A stretch of 64,000 nucleotides of DNA from an uncultured virus (IMG/VR IMGVR_UViG_3300035181_002482) (IMGVR_UViG_3300035181_002482), one strand, 5' to 3'. Counted from the stretch's first letter, positions 1 through 9,048 are shown. Numbers and translations are program-made. The notes: generated from the letters alone by a model not told the origin.

Positions 1-267
1 CACACGGCTGGCGGCATCGAGGTCGAGCGCGCTGGCGACGTTGGAGATAAGGTTCCGGGCTCCGTCCGGCATCTTGAAGGTCCAGCCGCGACGGACCTTT
101 TGCTCGGTCATCAGCTGCAGGACCCAGGTAGCCATCACAAGGGCGCCGTCCGCATCATCGGGGCTGGCATCGACCGCCATCTCGATAGACTGCCAATCCC
201 ATGCGCTGATCCCAGGGTGGCGCTTACCGTTGAGGGCTGCGATCTGGGCTTTGCTTACGTTGCTCAT
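1..267 (-). CDS. hypothetical protein (runs off window), leaderless
   Basis: ATG at 267 lies 6 nt after TAGGTT; open GC3-rich frame MSNVSKAQIAALNGKRHPG... Confidence 0.7.
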   Translation of the reverse strand, partial: MSNVSKAQIAALNGKRHPGISAWDWQSIEMAVDASPDDADGALVMATWVLQLMTEQKVRRGWTFKMPDGARNLISNVASALDLDAASRV

Positions 268-273
268 GCACAC

Positions 274-301
274 AACCTAACCAGGTGATCCCACCTGGCA
301 A
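274..301 (-). promoter_or_regulatory. promoter TTGCCA-N16-TAGGTT with inverted repeat CCAGGTG-ggat-CACCTGG
   Basis: Matches the repeated window motif; ATG 6 nt downstream. Confidence 0.75.
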
Positions 302-317
302 GGTTACCAATGTCGAT

Positions 318-647
318 TCAGCAAAGGTTATCGATGCGGCGCGCAATCTCGTCGAGTGCGGCCTGCTGGCACGCCTCCTCGAGGTTCTTGGCGAAGGAGG
401 TGCCGCGTATGAAGGCGCACCCGGCACGGGCCATGGCAGGCTCGAGATCGTTGGTGACGTGGTTCGTCCACCAGGAGAAGTTGACGTGCATGGTGTGCTC
501 CAGGTCGTGCTCCCCATACACGTTGAGCTGGGCCTCCACCCAGGCCACCCCGACCGCCTTGGCGATCTCGGTCATCGAATCCTCGAGGCCGAAGGTGAGT
601 GTGGTGGTGTTGTTGGCCTGGGGCGCGGTCTTGATGATGTTGATCAT
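318..647 (-). CDS. hypothetical protein
   Basis: 109-aa ORF; ATG 7 nt after promoter -10. Confidence 0.75.
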   Translation of the reverse strand: MINIIKTAPQANNTTTLTFGLEDSMTEIAKAVGVAWVEAQLNVYGEHDLEHTMHVNFSWWTNHVTNDLEPAMARAGCAFIRGTSFAKNLEEACQQAALDEIARRIDNLC

Positions 648-654
648 TCACCCT

Positions 655-682
655 AACCTAACGTTGATATCACCGGTGACAA
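655..682 (-). promoter_or_regulatory. promoter TTGTCA-N16-TAGGTT
   Basis: Repeated motif. Confidence 0.75.
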
Positions 683-708
683 GGGGGCCCGGTCGATTCT
701 TTTCGGTC

Positions 709-736
709 TTGACAGCCGAAGTAGCTGGGTTAGGGT
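709..736 (+). promoter_or_regulatory. promoter TTGACA-N16-TAGGGT facing a non-coding region
   Basis: Consensus -35, 16-nt spacer, no start codon downstream. Confidence 0.7.
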
Positions 737-742
737 GACCTG

Positions 743-1010
743 GCCTCGCGCTTGACATAGCGAGCATCGAAGGAGCCCGCTCCCTACTGGATACTCGGGG
801 CGGGGGAGATCGATGCGGACCAGGGCGCACGTGCCAGCAGGCTGATCTCTTAGTCGGGGGGTCGTCAAGCTGGAACCACCCGCCGGGATCGTGCCCCGGA
901 TCGCGAGCAAAGGGATCGTTGATCTTCGCCTGTTATCGACAACCCCTGGGCGCCTGAGCCGCGCCTCAACGGGCCTGATTCACCACACGAATCAGGCCCG
1001 TTGCTTTTCT
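743..1010 (+). ncRNA. putative structured ncRNA of unknown class
   Basis: Between promoter and terminator; nested helices GCATCGA/TCGATGC, CCAGGG/CCCTGG, AGCAGGC/GCCTGTT, GATCTCTT/AAGGGATC; no credible ORF. Confidence 0.5.
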
Positions 1011-1014
1011 TCTT
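967..1014 (+). terminator. intrinsic terminator
   Basis: 15-bp perfect stem CAACGGGCCTGATTC/GAATCAGGCCCGTTG followed by a T-rich tract. Confidence 0.85.
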
Positions 1015-1041
1015 GCACGACCCAGCCGCCCGGGGTAGACA

Positions 1042-1117
1042 GGGCCCCGGTCCGTCCCTTGGTATGGGGGAATCGGGTAAGAGTGCAGCATTGCATCGCC
1101 TGAGTGTGGCGGGGCCC
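1042..1117 (+). ncRNA. 76-nt tRNA-like multi-stem fold
   Basis: GGGCCCC/GGGGCCC closing stem with three internal hairpins; no canonical anticodon or TTC loop. Confidence 0.35.
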
Positions 1118-1294
1118 TCGCAAGAGATTAGCCCTGCCTCCACAGCCTCCTGATAAAGACCTTCACCGGCCTCAGGGGGCTGTTGCTTTTCTGACTTGAC
1201 GCATCGCCCTGCTAGCAAGGCCCTCGCCCCGGGAGATTCGGGTTCGATTCCCCTCACGCTGCCGATCTCACCCCCGGATGGTCCGGGGGTTCAT

Positions 1295-1336
1295 AAAGCA
1301 AAGGGTCAGGCGTCATGCACCTGACCCTTTGCTTTT
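1295..1336. terminator. bidirectional intrinsic terminator
   Basis: 16-bp stem AAAGCAAAGGGTCAGG/CCTGACCCTTTGCTTT between convergent units. Confidence 0.85.
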
Positions 1337-1518
1337 CACCACACCTGATAGCGACATTGATTCGCAGCGATCACGATGGAAGGCAAGCCCTCGATGTGAT
1401 CCAGTCGCAGCTCGGGCACCTCGCGATCGATGATCGCATCGACGAGCCAGATGTTGACGGCCCCCTCGGGCAAGGGATAGTCCTTCACCCGGACCCAGTC
1501 GCCAACGGCCGGAATCAC
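1336..1518 (-). CDS. small hypothetical protein (MIPAVGDWVRVK...)
   Basis: GTG start overlaps the upstream TGA (GTGA). Confidence 0.6.
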   Translation of the reverse strand: MIPAVGDWVRVKDYPLPEGAVNIWLVDAIIDREVPELRLDHIEGLPSIVIAANQCRYQVW

Positions 1519-1909
1519 CACCCGACCCTCACGCAGGGCACCCGGGCCAGGCGCCCCTCCTCGAGGCAGTTCAGGGTGCCATGGCGGCCCGGGAAACCGA
1601 GGATCACAGGCGGCTTGGATGGCTGCACCCTGTACCGGTTCCGCCGGTTCCGCCGGTTCCCCGCGGCATCCCCGTACAGGTGCCAGGCGGAGGGGTAGAC
1701 GGCCTTGCGGACCCCGTTCCTCACCGCCCATTCATGCGCGTGTCGATCCGCGCCGGTCTTGCAATCCCCGTGAATGGGGAGGCCGATCAGGTTGAGATTG
1801 ATCAGGGTGGATAGGAGTGACTCGACTTGATGTCGATCGATGTAACCCCTGCCCCTGCCCCTGTCACGAGCACACGCATCAGCTCCTGCTCGAAGGGAAC
1901 CTGCGTCAT
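1515..1909 (-). pseudogene. frameshifted SLOG/DUF2493 (YspA-like) protein
   Basis: MRVLVTG in one frame; GRGY..IHGDCKTGADRHAHEWA..YPSAW..GDAAGNRRN..FPG in another; break at (CAGGGG)x3, 1846-1863. Confidence 0.75.
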
Positions 1910-1914
1910 CGCGA

Positions 1915-2364
1915 TCACGTCCTCGATGGCACGCCGTCCCTCGGGGCTAAGGTCTCGATCGGTTCCCACATAGGACGCTCGGTGTTATTGATGATGTAAT
2001 AGCTATGTTTCGGAGCGTACTTATAAAGGAACTTGTTGATAAGGTCCTCGAAGCCTTCGTCGTACGTATCTTGCTTGATGGTACGGATCTCCCCATGCAA
2101 AAGCACCTTGCCTCCGATGACGATGTTATCACCATTCTCCAGGCACCAGACGTGGACCGCGATATCGAAAGAAGCTGAGACCTTCTTGGTGATGACGGGC
2201 TTCTTTTCGTCATCAACGATCGCCCCATGGTAAAAGAAAACAGCTCCAGACCCACCGAGATCGGATTTCTTTTCCCAGTCGAGCGACATCACATGGTCGC
2301 GCAGCAAAGAACTGGCGCTCTCCTTGCTGATAGGATCGAGCGTCAATGTGTATGCATCTTTCAT
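1915..2364 (-). CDS. hypothetical protein
   Basis: ORF; likely start MKDAY. Confidence 0.7.
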   Translation of the reverse strand: MKDAYTLTLDPISKESASSLLRDHVMSLDWEKKSDLGGSGAVFFYHGAIVDDEKKPVITKKVSASFDIAVHVWCLENGDNIVIGGKVLLHGEIRTIKQDTYDEGFEDLINKFLYKYAPKHSYYIINNTERPMWEPIETLAPRDGVPSRT

Positions 2365-2710
2365 GTAAAACACCCATCTTTCTGGAACCGTCAACGGTAA
2401 CCTCCACGAGATCGGGATTGATCCCGATCTCGTGGAGAAGCTCGCGGATGCACTCGAAGATCGATCCTCCCGTGTAAAAGGAGATGTCGTCGAAGAGGCG
2501 AATCAAGCTAGCTCCCATGTGAGGCGCACCCTCTTCGCCGTACACCGCCAGCGCCTCCATCGCGGCTGGAAGGCGCTGGGGCAACGCACCCTCGCAGGTG
2601 ATCTTGTAGCAGATGCCATCCTTCGGGTCATAGCCCTCGGCATCGAGACCCGCAGCAAAGCCAAGGGTCAGGTCGTCTGGCTTGATGATGATGGCCTTGA
2701 TGAGAATCAT
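2213..2710 (-). CDS. hypothetical protein
   Basis: Start MILIKA coupled (ATGA) to upstream stop; 3' end overlaps the next gene by about 150 nt. Confidence 0.6.
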   Translation of the reverse strand: MILIKAIIIKPDDLTLGFAAGLDAEGYDPKDGICYKITCEGALPQRLPAAMEALAVYGEEGAPHMGASLIRLFDDISFYTGGSIFECIRELLHEIGINPDLVEVTVDGSRKMGVLHERCIHIDARSYQQGERQFFAARPCDVARLGKEIRSRWVWSCFLLPWGDR

Positions 2711-3362
2711 TCGTCGATACCAGGGTAATCGATCTTGTAACAGGTGCAGTCGTTGACATCCCAGCCCTGGAGCCGGAGCAAGGCGCGGAAGGCTTTCGGG
2801 AGGTCTTTGGGTTCGCAGGTAACGAGGTAAACGCACATCGCGCCCTCACGTTGTCGTCAACGATGGTCTCGACCCAGGTATGTTTGTCCTGCTTGGCGAG
2901 GCGAAAGAGGCGCTTGGCTGCCTGCTCCTGCGGGGTGATATCTTCGAGCCATTCGATCCGGGCGAGCGTGGCGCCCATGTGCATCGCGTTGTCCGTGACG
3001 TAGCCGGTTCCGTTACCTGTCAACTGGTGGATGTGCTCACCGAGGCCGCTGGTGAGAAGGATGCGCGTGCGACCCACCAGGCAGGTACGGAGACCGCTGA
3101 TGCTATCGATCATGTTGATCCGTGCCTCGCCGAAGCGCGCATCCATGTGGTTGCGATAGCGTGCCATGAAGTAGCGCTTGGCATCGTGAATGTCCTGCGG
3201 GGTGATTCCCTCACCGCCCGTCGTGATCCAGCGAAGCTCCTGGGGAGGGAGGGGAACGTCCCAGGCGAGGTTCCAATCGCGGCGCTCACGGATGGCGGGG
3301 CCTCGGGTCAGGTTGGCCACAAACTCGCGGGCCCATGCATCGATCTTGTCAGCATCTCTCAT
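2707..3362 (-). pseudogene. hypothetical protein with 1-nt frameshift near 2849
   Basis: Adding one G gives DDNGEGAMCVYLVTCEPK...YPGIDE*, whose TGA overlaps the next ATG. Confidence 0.6.
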
Positions 3363-3428
3363 CCTGTTGGCTCTCCTGACGCACTGAACCCGCCGGTGAG
3401 GGCGGGTCGGGGGTGATGGTAGCGGGGC

Positions 3429-3866
3429 TCAGTAGACCTTCTGGTGGATGTCGTGGCCATAGTTGCGCCGGTTGTCGGCATCGTTGAGGCGCCCCGAACC
3501 CCGGCACCGGAAGCATGCGCCGCCCGGCCCCACGAGCTGCCCGTTCACGCTGCCGGTCACGAAGCGTCCCGTGCCAGCGCAACGGCCGCAGGGGAAGCTG
3601 ATGCACCGGGCGGCCTTGACCCAGGTCACAGGGCTGACCTTGGCCAATTCCTCGGGGCTGGTATCCGTACACCAGCCCTTGCGCACGAGGCGGGCCTTGA
3701 CGCCCTCGTCGAAGATGTGATCCTTCACCTGGGCGCGGTCCCGGATGCCCTTGTATGCCTTCCGGGCCTGCTGCGGCGTCATATCGGCTGGGGCCATCTT
3801 GATGAGGCTGTGGGCCTCGGCCTTCGCGGTGGTCGTCTCGGTCGCCTGGTTCGTCTAGGTGTTCAT
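3429..3866 (-). CDS. DnaJ-type Zn-finger protein, in-frame TAG at codon 4
   Basis: CGRCAGTG and CFRCRGSG; leaderless ATG at 3866, TAG at 3855-3857, frame open afterwards. Confidence 0.7.
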
Positions 3867-3872
3867 GCAAAC

Positions 3873-3900
3873 AACCTAACATCTGTATCGCCGGCGTCAA
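3873..3900 (-). promoter_or_regulatory. promoter TTGACG-N16-TAGGTT
   Basis: Repeated motif; ATG 6 nt downstream. Confidence 0.8.
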
Positions 3901-3917
3901 GTCTCTTTCGACATCGA

Positions 3918-5240
3918 TCAGCCGTCGAATTCGACGCCCTTCCCGCAGGCAAGCTTCACGCCATGACTGGCACGGGTGAGAGCGGTATATACCCAGCGCC
4001 GATAGGTGTCGCTGTCCATGGCATAGGAGCGATTCACCTCGACGATCACGTTGCGCCATTGATCGCTCTGGGCCTTGTGGCAGGTCAGGGCATAGGCCCA
4101 GTCGGTGAGAAGGCCGAGGTCGAGCCATCGATTCACGCCGACCGCTTCGTGCGCAGCGGTGGCGAAGGAGGCCAGGGTGGCGTCCCTACCCATCTGCGGG
4201 AGGAAGAGGGGGCCATCGAAGAAAAGCTCCTCATCGGGCAGGAAGATCTCGGCTCGACATCGACCGATCGAATCGGGTACGCCGAGCTTGGTGAGGATGC
4301 CCCGCATACCGTTCGCCAGGAAAACACCGTCGAGCTTGGCATTCCGCAGAATCAGTACCTGCTTGGGGCCATCTTCGGGCAGTTGATCGAGGATGTATCG
4401 ATTGATCTCGGTGCGGCGGCGGTTGGTATAGGTGATGACGGCCGTATCCCAGGCGCCCTCGGTGATGAGCGGGTTGAACCAGGCAAGCGGCACCTCGGCA
4501 GCAATCCTTACGGTCAGGCGTTCATTGCTCTCGCCGAGCAAGCGACGCGGGATCGTTCCATGATGTCGAACGTGATGAGCCAGGGCAAGGATGGGATTCC
4601 CCTGGGCCTGGCGGTGAATCGTCTCGAGCCGCAGAACGGGGTTATCCATCAACCCTGCCATCTCGCCAACGGGCGGCAGCTGGCCATGATCCCCGACAGC
4701 GATCACGGGACGCCCGAAGCTCATCACATCGGCGAGCATCGTTTTCGAGACCATCGATGCTTCGTCGATAATGATCACCTGGAAGGGATCTAGCTCGATG
4801 CGGAGCTTCCAATCGATGCTCCCGTCGTCCCTCTCGTCGACATTGTAAAGGAGGCTGTGCATGGTCCCGCAAAAGGCGGGGTTGAGACCCTGCGCGTGAA
4901 GCTTGCGCCGGATGACCGATGCAGCCTTGCCGGTCGGTGCGCAGATCGCGTGCTTGATGTTGCGCCGGGTCAAATACGCGCTCAAGTGCGAGATCAGGAC
5001 GGTCTTGCCGCACCCTGCCCAGCCCCCGATGGTCAGCGGTGGTGGGGTAACGTACTCCTCCTTGGAGGCATCGAACCATTCGATCGCGGTGTTGAAAACC
5101 GCGGTCTGCTCATCCGTGAGATCGGGGATGCCCACGATCTCGAGTTCGATATCCTCGGAAAGCTCGGCGCGGTAAACGGAGAACTTCCCGGCGCGGGATT
5201 GGACGTCTGCGAGAAGCTTTCCTCGCTGGTGCAGGATCAT
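3918..5240 (-). CDS. Dda/RecD-like SF1B helicase
   Basis: GWAGCGKT, APTGKAA, IIIDEASMV, GDHGQLPPV, IHRQ, YALTCHKAQ. Confidence 0.92.
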   Translation of the reverse strand: MILHQRGKLLADVQSRAGKFSVYRAELSEDIELEIVGIPDLTDEQTAVFNTAIEWFDASKEEYVTPPPLTIGGWAGCGKTVLISHLSAYLTRRNIKHAICAPTGKAASVIRRKLHAQGLNPAFCGTMHSLLYNVDERDDGSIDWKLRIELDPFQVIIIDEASMVSKTMLADVMSFGRPVIAVGDHGQLPPVGEMAGLMDNPVLRLETIHRQAQGNPILALAHHVRHHGTIPRRLLGESNERLTVRIAAEVPLAWFNPLITEGAWDTAVITYTNRRRTEINRYILDQLPEDGPKQVLILRNAKLDGVFLANGMRGILTKLGVPDSIGRCRAEIFLPDEELFFDGPLFLPQMGRDATLASFATAAHEAVGVNRWLDLGLLTDWAYALTCHKAQSDQWRNVIVEVNRSYAMDSDTYRRWVYTALTRASHGVKLACGKGVEFDG

Positions 5241-5249
5241 GTGGCCTCG

Positions 5250-5754
5250 TTAGAGCTTTCGAACGTGGAGGGAGAACCCCTTGCAGGTGCGGGCGGCGGG
5301 GGGACCGAATCGATACACGAAGTGCTCCTGTGCAGCGGTATCCACGGTGCGCGCTCGTGTTTCGCGGATGACCGATATCGCATCCTTGGGCAGGTAACCC
5401 AAGCGGACCATCACGCAGGCCGCCATGCAACCAGTTCGGCCTCTTCCTGCCCGGCAATGGATGACCACCTTCTTGCCGTAGCGCAAGAGGGTCACGATCT
5501 CACTCACGATCGACCTTGCGTGGGCCATGTTAGAGGGTCATGCCCAGCTGCCCGCTCGTGCCGGTCTGCAGGGGATCGACCCAGTCCACCCAGATCGGGT
5601 GGGTATCGCTCTTGTTGAGCGGCAGCGCAGGCTCCTTCCAGCCATTCATCTCGAGGGGCTTGTACCCCTTCGGGGGCAACAGGCTGTCGCGCCAATCGCG
5701 CTCCTATGCGCTGTTGAAATCGAGGTTGACCTGACCGGGGATACGGGTGATCAT
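5250..5754 (-). pseudogene. disrupted CDKN3-like dual-specificity/tyrosine phosphatase
   Basis: N-part SDTHPIWVDWV..GQLGMTL with TAG at 5704-5706 and TAA at 5530-5532; C-part 5250-5528 carries HCRAGRGRTG; middle appears missing. Confidence 0.75.
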
Positions 5755-6035
5755 AACTTGGTATCCTTGATGCTAGCGGATTCGAGGATCGTCTTCGTGT
5801 CTTCGAGGACCTTTTCTATCCCCTGCTCGTTGGCCACATCGATCGCGGCCTTCAGCGCGTACTGCGTGAGCGTCCGGGCATCATAGCCGAGCGCGTACTG
5901 CTGCCTCGCCGCAGCCCTGAGAAGGGCGCGCACAAGGCGCTGCCGAGTTTTCTTATCCCCGGGGAGGGCTGCCATCATCTTCTGAACAACCTTGTCGAGT
6001 TGCTCCCGGCTCATCTCGTTCTCTTTGCTTCCCAT
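5751..6035 (-). CDS. hypothetical protein
   Basis: Leaderless ATG 7 nt after TAGGTT. Confidence 0.75.
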   Translation of the reverse strand: MGSKENEMSREQLDKVVQKMMAALPGDKKTRQRLVRALLRAAARQQYALGYDARTLTQYALKAAIDVANEQGIEKVLEDTKTILESASIKDTKL

Positions 6036-6042
6036 GCAAGAC

Positions 6043-6070
6043 AACCTAACATCGACACCCTAAGAGTCAA
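6043..6070 (-). promoter_or_regulatory. promoter TTGACT-N16-TAGGTT
   Basis: Repeated motif. Confidence 0.8.
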
Positions 6071-6139
6071 TACTCCTTCTCGATGTCGATCGATCTTAGA
6101 CCGGCGGGCATGGGGAAGCGCCCGGGGTAGCCTCGGCTC

Positions 6140-6892
6140 ATGACCAGGCGCCTTCAGCCCGACGCATACGAGGGCGCCCGCGGGGCCCTCCTGGCCCTTC
6201 TTGCCTCAGAGGTAGCCCCGGGCCTCTCAGGCCCTTTCCAGGCCGACGAACGGGCCCTGGTGGCAGCGGAGGAAGTGCTGGAGGCCGCCGCCTCCTCCGG
6301 CCTTCCCGCGCCCCGCCCCTCGCACGCCGAGGCCGGCGGCATCCTCCTCCATTGGCCCGGCGCCACGATCGAAATCGATCGCAATACCGACCTGCGCTGG
6401 GAGCACAAGAACGAAACCCGAGTCACCTCGGGTGTATCCGAGGCGCTCGGGCTTGTGCGATCCTGGCTCGATCGATGCTGCTTACTTGTTGAAGCCGATC
6501 ATCGCCGCCATCACGGCAGCGCCGGCCGGGCTGGTGGTGACGGCCTTGATGTGCTTGCACTGCCCACCGGTCTCCCGGTGCCTCCAGTAATAGTCCTGGC
6601 AGGTACACGACCACCCGGCGGGCCAGGCGGCGCCATAGTACATCCCGAACTGCACCTTGTACGGGGCGGCCTCGGTGCCCTGGACCTCGATCGTGATCAC
6701 CATCGCGGGCTTGGGCGCTTCCACGGCGACCAGGGAAGGGACGGTGGGGATCATCGTCTTGGCCTTCGACGTCAGGGAAGGCACGGGGCTCTTGAACTTC
6801 ATGTCGCTCGGGCTCGGGATCGGCTCCCCGTTGGGTCCCTCGAGCGCGGCGGTGGGGTGTCTGTCTCGACGGTGTTCAGGTTGCTCATGTAA
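6140..6892 (+). CDS. hypothetical protein; only the first ~112 aa look coding
   Basis: TAGCCT-N6-ATG; remainder runs antisense to the SWIM gene. Confidence 0.5.
   Translation: MTRRLQPDAYEGARGALLALLASEVAPGLSGPFQADERALVAAEEVLEAAASSGLPAPRPSHAEAGGILLHWPGATIEIDRNTDLRWEHKNETRVTSGVSEALGLVRSWLDRCCLLVEADHRRHHGSAGRAGGDGLDVLALPTGLPVPPVIVLAGTRPPGGPGGAIVHPELHLVRGGLGALDLDRDHHRGLGRFHGDQGRDGGDHRLGLRRQGRHGALELHVARARDRLPVGSLERGGGVSVSTVFRLLM
6482..6802 (-). CDS. SWIM Zn-finger protein
   Basis: WSCTCQDYYWR..CKHIKAV; may extend to ATG 6888 through a frameshift at 6854-6857. Confidence 0.8.
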   Translation of the reverse strand: MKFKSPVPSLTSKAKTMIPTVPSLVAVEAPKPAMVITIEVQGTEAAPYKVQFGMYYGAAWPAGWSCTCQDYYWRHRETGGQCKHIKAVTTSPAGAAVMAAMIGFNK

Positions 6893-6895
6893 GAC

Positions 6896-6923
6896 AACCT
6901 AACTCCGCCAATGCCCCTGTCAA
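6896..6923 (-). promoter_or_regulatory. promoter TTGACA-N16-TAGGTT
   Basis: Repeated motif; ATG at 6888. Confidence 0.85.
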
Positions 6924-8512
6924 CCCTTCTTGGTGTCGATTGCGCGATCGATGTCGGCCAACTCCTGCGCAAGCTCGAGCCGGCGCAGGATGAGCGGGAG
7001 GGCGTCGGAGACCCGCTGAAGCGAATCGATGTCAAGCGTCTTGAGCATGGAGATCACCCGTTCCACGGTATGCGAGGCAGGGACGGAATCACCGGGACAG
7101 TTGGTGTGTGTCGGCTGCAACTTGGCCGGAGCGCTCGGAATCTGGAAGGGGCGAAGCACCTCACCGCTGACCACCGGGGCAGTCGGATCAGCCGGGGACG
7201 GGTTATCAATGAAGGCGCCACCGTTGACCGATGTCGACACGATGCGCCCGCCCTCGTTGAGCGAGCGGATAGGCACGACGCTCTGCTGATCGGAGGCCGG
7301 TGGCACGATGGTATCGATCTTCGCCTTGGGATCAGCGGGGGCGAACACGTAGGAGTTACCGGTGCTCTGATCAGGGACCTGCACGTTGCTCTCGTGGGGG
7401 GCGCTCACGTTGAGCCGCTGCGAAGGAATCGATGCCGCTGCCGGAGGCGCCCCTTCCCCGATCGCCCGCTGGATGTTGAGCCGGATGCTCTTGTTCTGCT
7501 TGATCAAGGAGTTATCGGCCAGGAGCTTGGCGATGACCCTGTTGACGCTGCCGAGCGAACATCGATCCTCGTCGGTCTGGTACACGAAGTCGGAGGGGCG
7601 CATCTTGCCCCCGTGCTTCGCCAGCAGCCGGCGGATCTCGATCTCGGTGATCGCGTCATTCTCCGCGTTGAGCAGGGTGTCGTGATAGACCTGCGCGGTT
7701 GCTCCGGCGTTGCCATCTGATGACACCTCCCAGTTCTTGGTATAGTAGAAAGCCTCCTTGATGCTCCCCACCGTCGAAGTCGTCAGATCGACATAAACAT
7801 TCCGGATGGGGTGATCCGGTACACCCCCAAGAATGTTGTCGATGCTAGCCTTGCTCATCTTGAGCCGCTTCATAAGGATATGAAGCGGCATGAAGCCAGG
7901 GGTGAAGAAGCTGCCGCTGACCGTTTCGAGGATGTCGGCGTAGCGGCCAGCGTTGCCGGCACACGTCGGGTTACCCGTTGATCCTGTCGGCGTCGTGGTG
8001 TCGTTGGCGGTGTTCGTTGCGTTGTCCAGGTTGTCCTCGTCGAAGGGGCCGGGGATAGCCGGGGTTGAGAGCGGGATCTTGGGGTTGCGGTGATAGAGGT
8101 GCTCGCCTCGGTATTCGAGAACCCCATCGGCGATCAGGGAATCGACAGCGGCCCGTGCGCTCACCACGTCCCAGGCATGGTACATGGCGACGTCTTCGAA
8201 GGTAGGCAGCACACCATCGCGTCGCATATAGCTATCGATGTTGATCCGATCATCATCACCATCGAGGATGTGCTCGTACACGTTCCCCTGAGCCTTCCAG
8301 CTCCCCGTCCCGTCGCTGACGGCGAGATCGATATAGCTCAATCGGTGAAGGTAGCCCAGAACCTGCGCCTCGAGGAGGCCCGTGATCCGGCTCACAAGCC
8401 GAGGAGCTTGGAACACGTTCGGCGAGAGCGCCTTCCAGACCTTGGTGGCGCGCTCCGCGTGCCGGTATGTTGTGGCGGGGTTGTTGTGCCCGCTTCGGTT
8501 CAGCGACGCCAC
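6920..8512 (-). CDS. hypothetical protein with probable winged-helix domains
   Basis: 530-aa ORF with wHTH-like segments (SLGSVNRVIAKLLADNSLIK). Confidence 0.7.
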   Translation of the reverse strand: MASLNRSGHNNPATTYRHAERATKVWKALSPNVFQAPRLVSRITGLLEAQVLGYLHRLSYIDLAVSDGTGSWKAQGNVYEHILDGDDDRINIDSYMRRDGVLPTFEDVAMYHAWDVVSARAAVDSLIADGVLEYRGEHLYHRNPKIPLSTPAIPGPFDEDNLDNATNTANDTTTPTGSTGNPTCAGNAGRYADILETVSGSFFTPGFMPLHILMKRLKMSKASIDNILGGVPDHPIRNVYVDLTTSTVGSIKEAFYYTKNWEVSSDGNAGATAQVYHDTLLNAENDAITEIEIRRLLAKHGGKMRPSDFVYQTDEDRCSLGSVNRVIAKLLADNSLIKQNKSIRLNIQRAIGEGAPPAAASIPSQRLNVSAPHESNVQVPDQSTGNSYVFAPADPKAKIDTIVPPASDQQSVVPIRSLNEGGRIVSTSVNGGAFIDNPSPADPTAPVVSGEVLRPFQIPSAPAKLQPTHTNCPGDSVPASHTVERVISMLKTLDIDSLQRVSDALPLILRRLELAQELADIDRAIDTKKG

Positions 8513-9042
8513 GCCGTCGCCCTCGTGGTGGATGCCATGTACAGCGGATGCTTGGGGTGATCCTCCTTGGTGCGGTGCGGGCCGAGCTGAAACAGATCGA
8601 CGTTGTTCTCGCGAAGCATCTTGAGCACCTTCTGATCACGGCGTCCGATGTGAGCGGTCTGGATGCCACCGTTGGCACCCCAGGCGCAGATCACCATCTG
8701 CGTTCGCTTGGCTGCCGTGAGAATCCAAGCATCGTTCTCGGGGCCAACAGGAGCGCTGTGCGTCCGCAGCACGCGGGGATCGGTCGAGCGCAGGGCGAAG
8801 AGGTTCACCACGCTGCAGCCCTGGAACCCCTCCTGCTTGCTGAACGCGATCACCCTCCGGATGGTCGGATCATCGATGTTGGCATTGGCCGTGCTCGGGT
8901 TGAGCATGACCCACGTCACACGCGGTCCCTTCCCCCATTCGCGCCAGAGCGTGTATCGGTACCGCTGATCGAAGCTGATGTGAGCGCCACGATCGGCGCG
9001 TACCTTCGCGATGGCCCCCTCTGCGGTTATCGTTTCCTGCAT
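8500..9042 (-). CDS. DUF1643 family protein
   Basis: YRYTLWREW, VMLNPSTA, DDPTIRR, VNLFALRSTDP, CAWGA, PKHPLY. Confidence 0.92.
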   Translation of the reverse strand: MQETITAEGAIAKVRADRGAHISFDQRYRYTLWREWGKGPRVTWVMLNPSTANANIDDPTIRRVIAFSKQEGFQGCSVVNLFALRSTDPRVLRTHSAPVGPENDAWILTAAKRTQMVICAWGANGGIQTAHIGRRDQKVLKMLRENNVDLFQLGPHRTKEDHPKHPLYMASTTRATAWRR

Positions 9043-9048
9043 GGACAC

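Noticed and set aside
828..840. ACGTGCCAGCAG match to the 16S rRNA 515 region
   Set aside because: Only about 12 nt, with no other rRNA features around it
1205..1262. Amber suppressor or tRNA-Leu at CTGCTAGCA
   Set aside because: No proper anticodon, D or acceptor stem can be built
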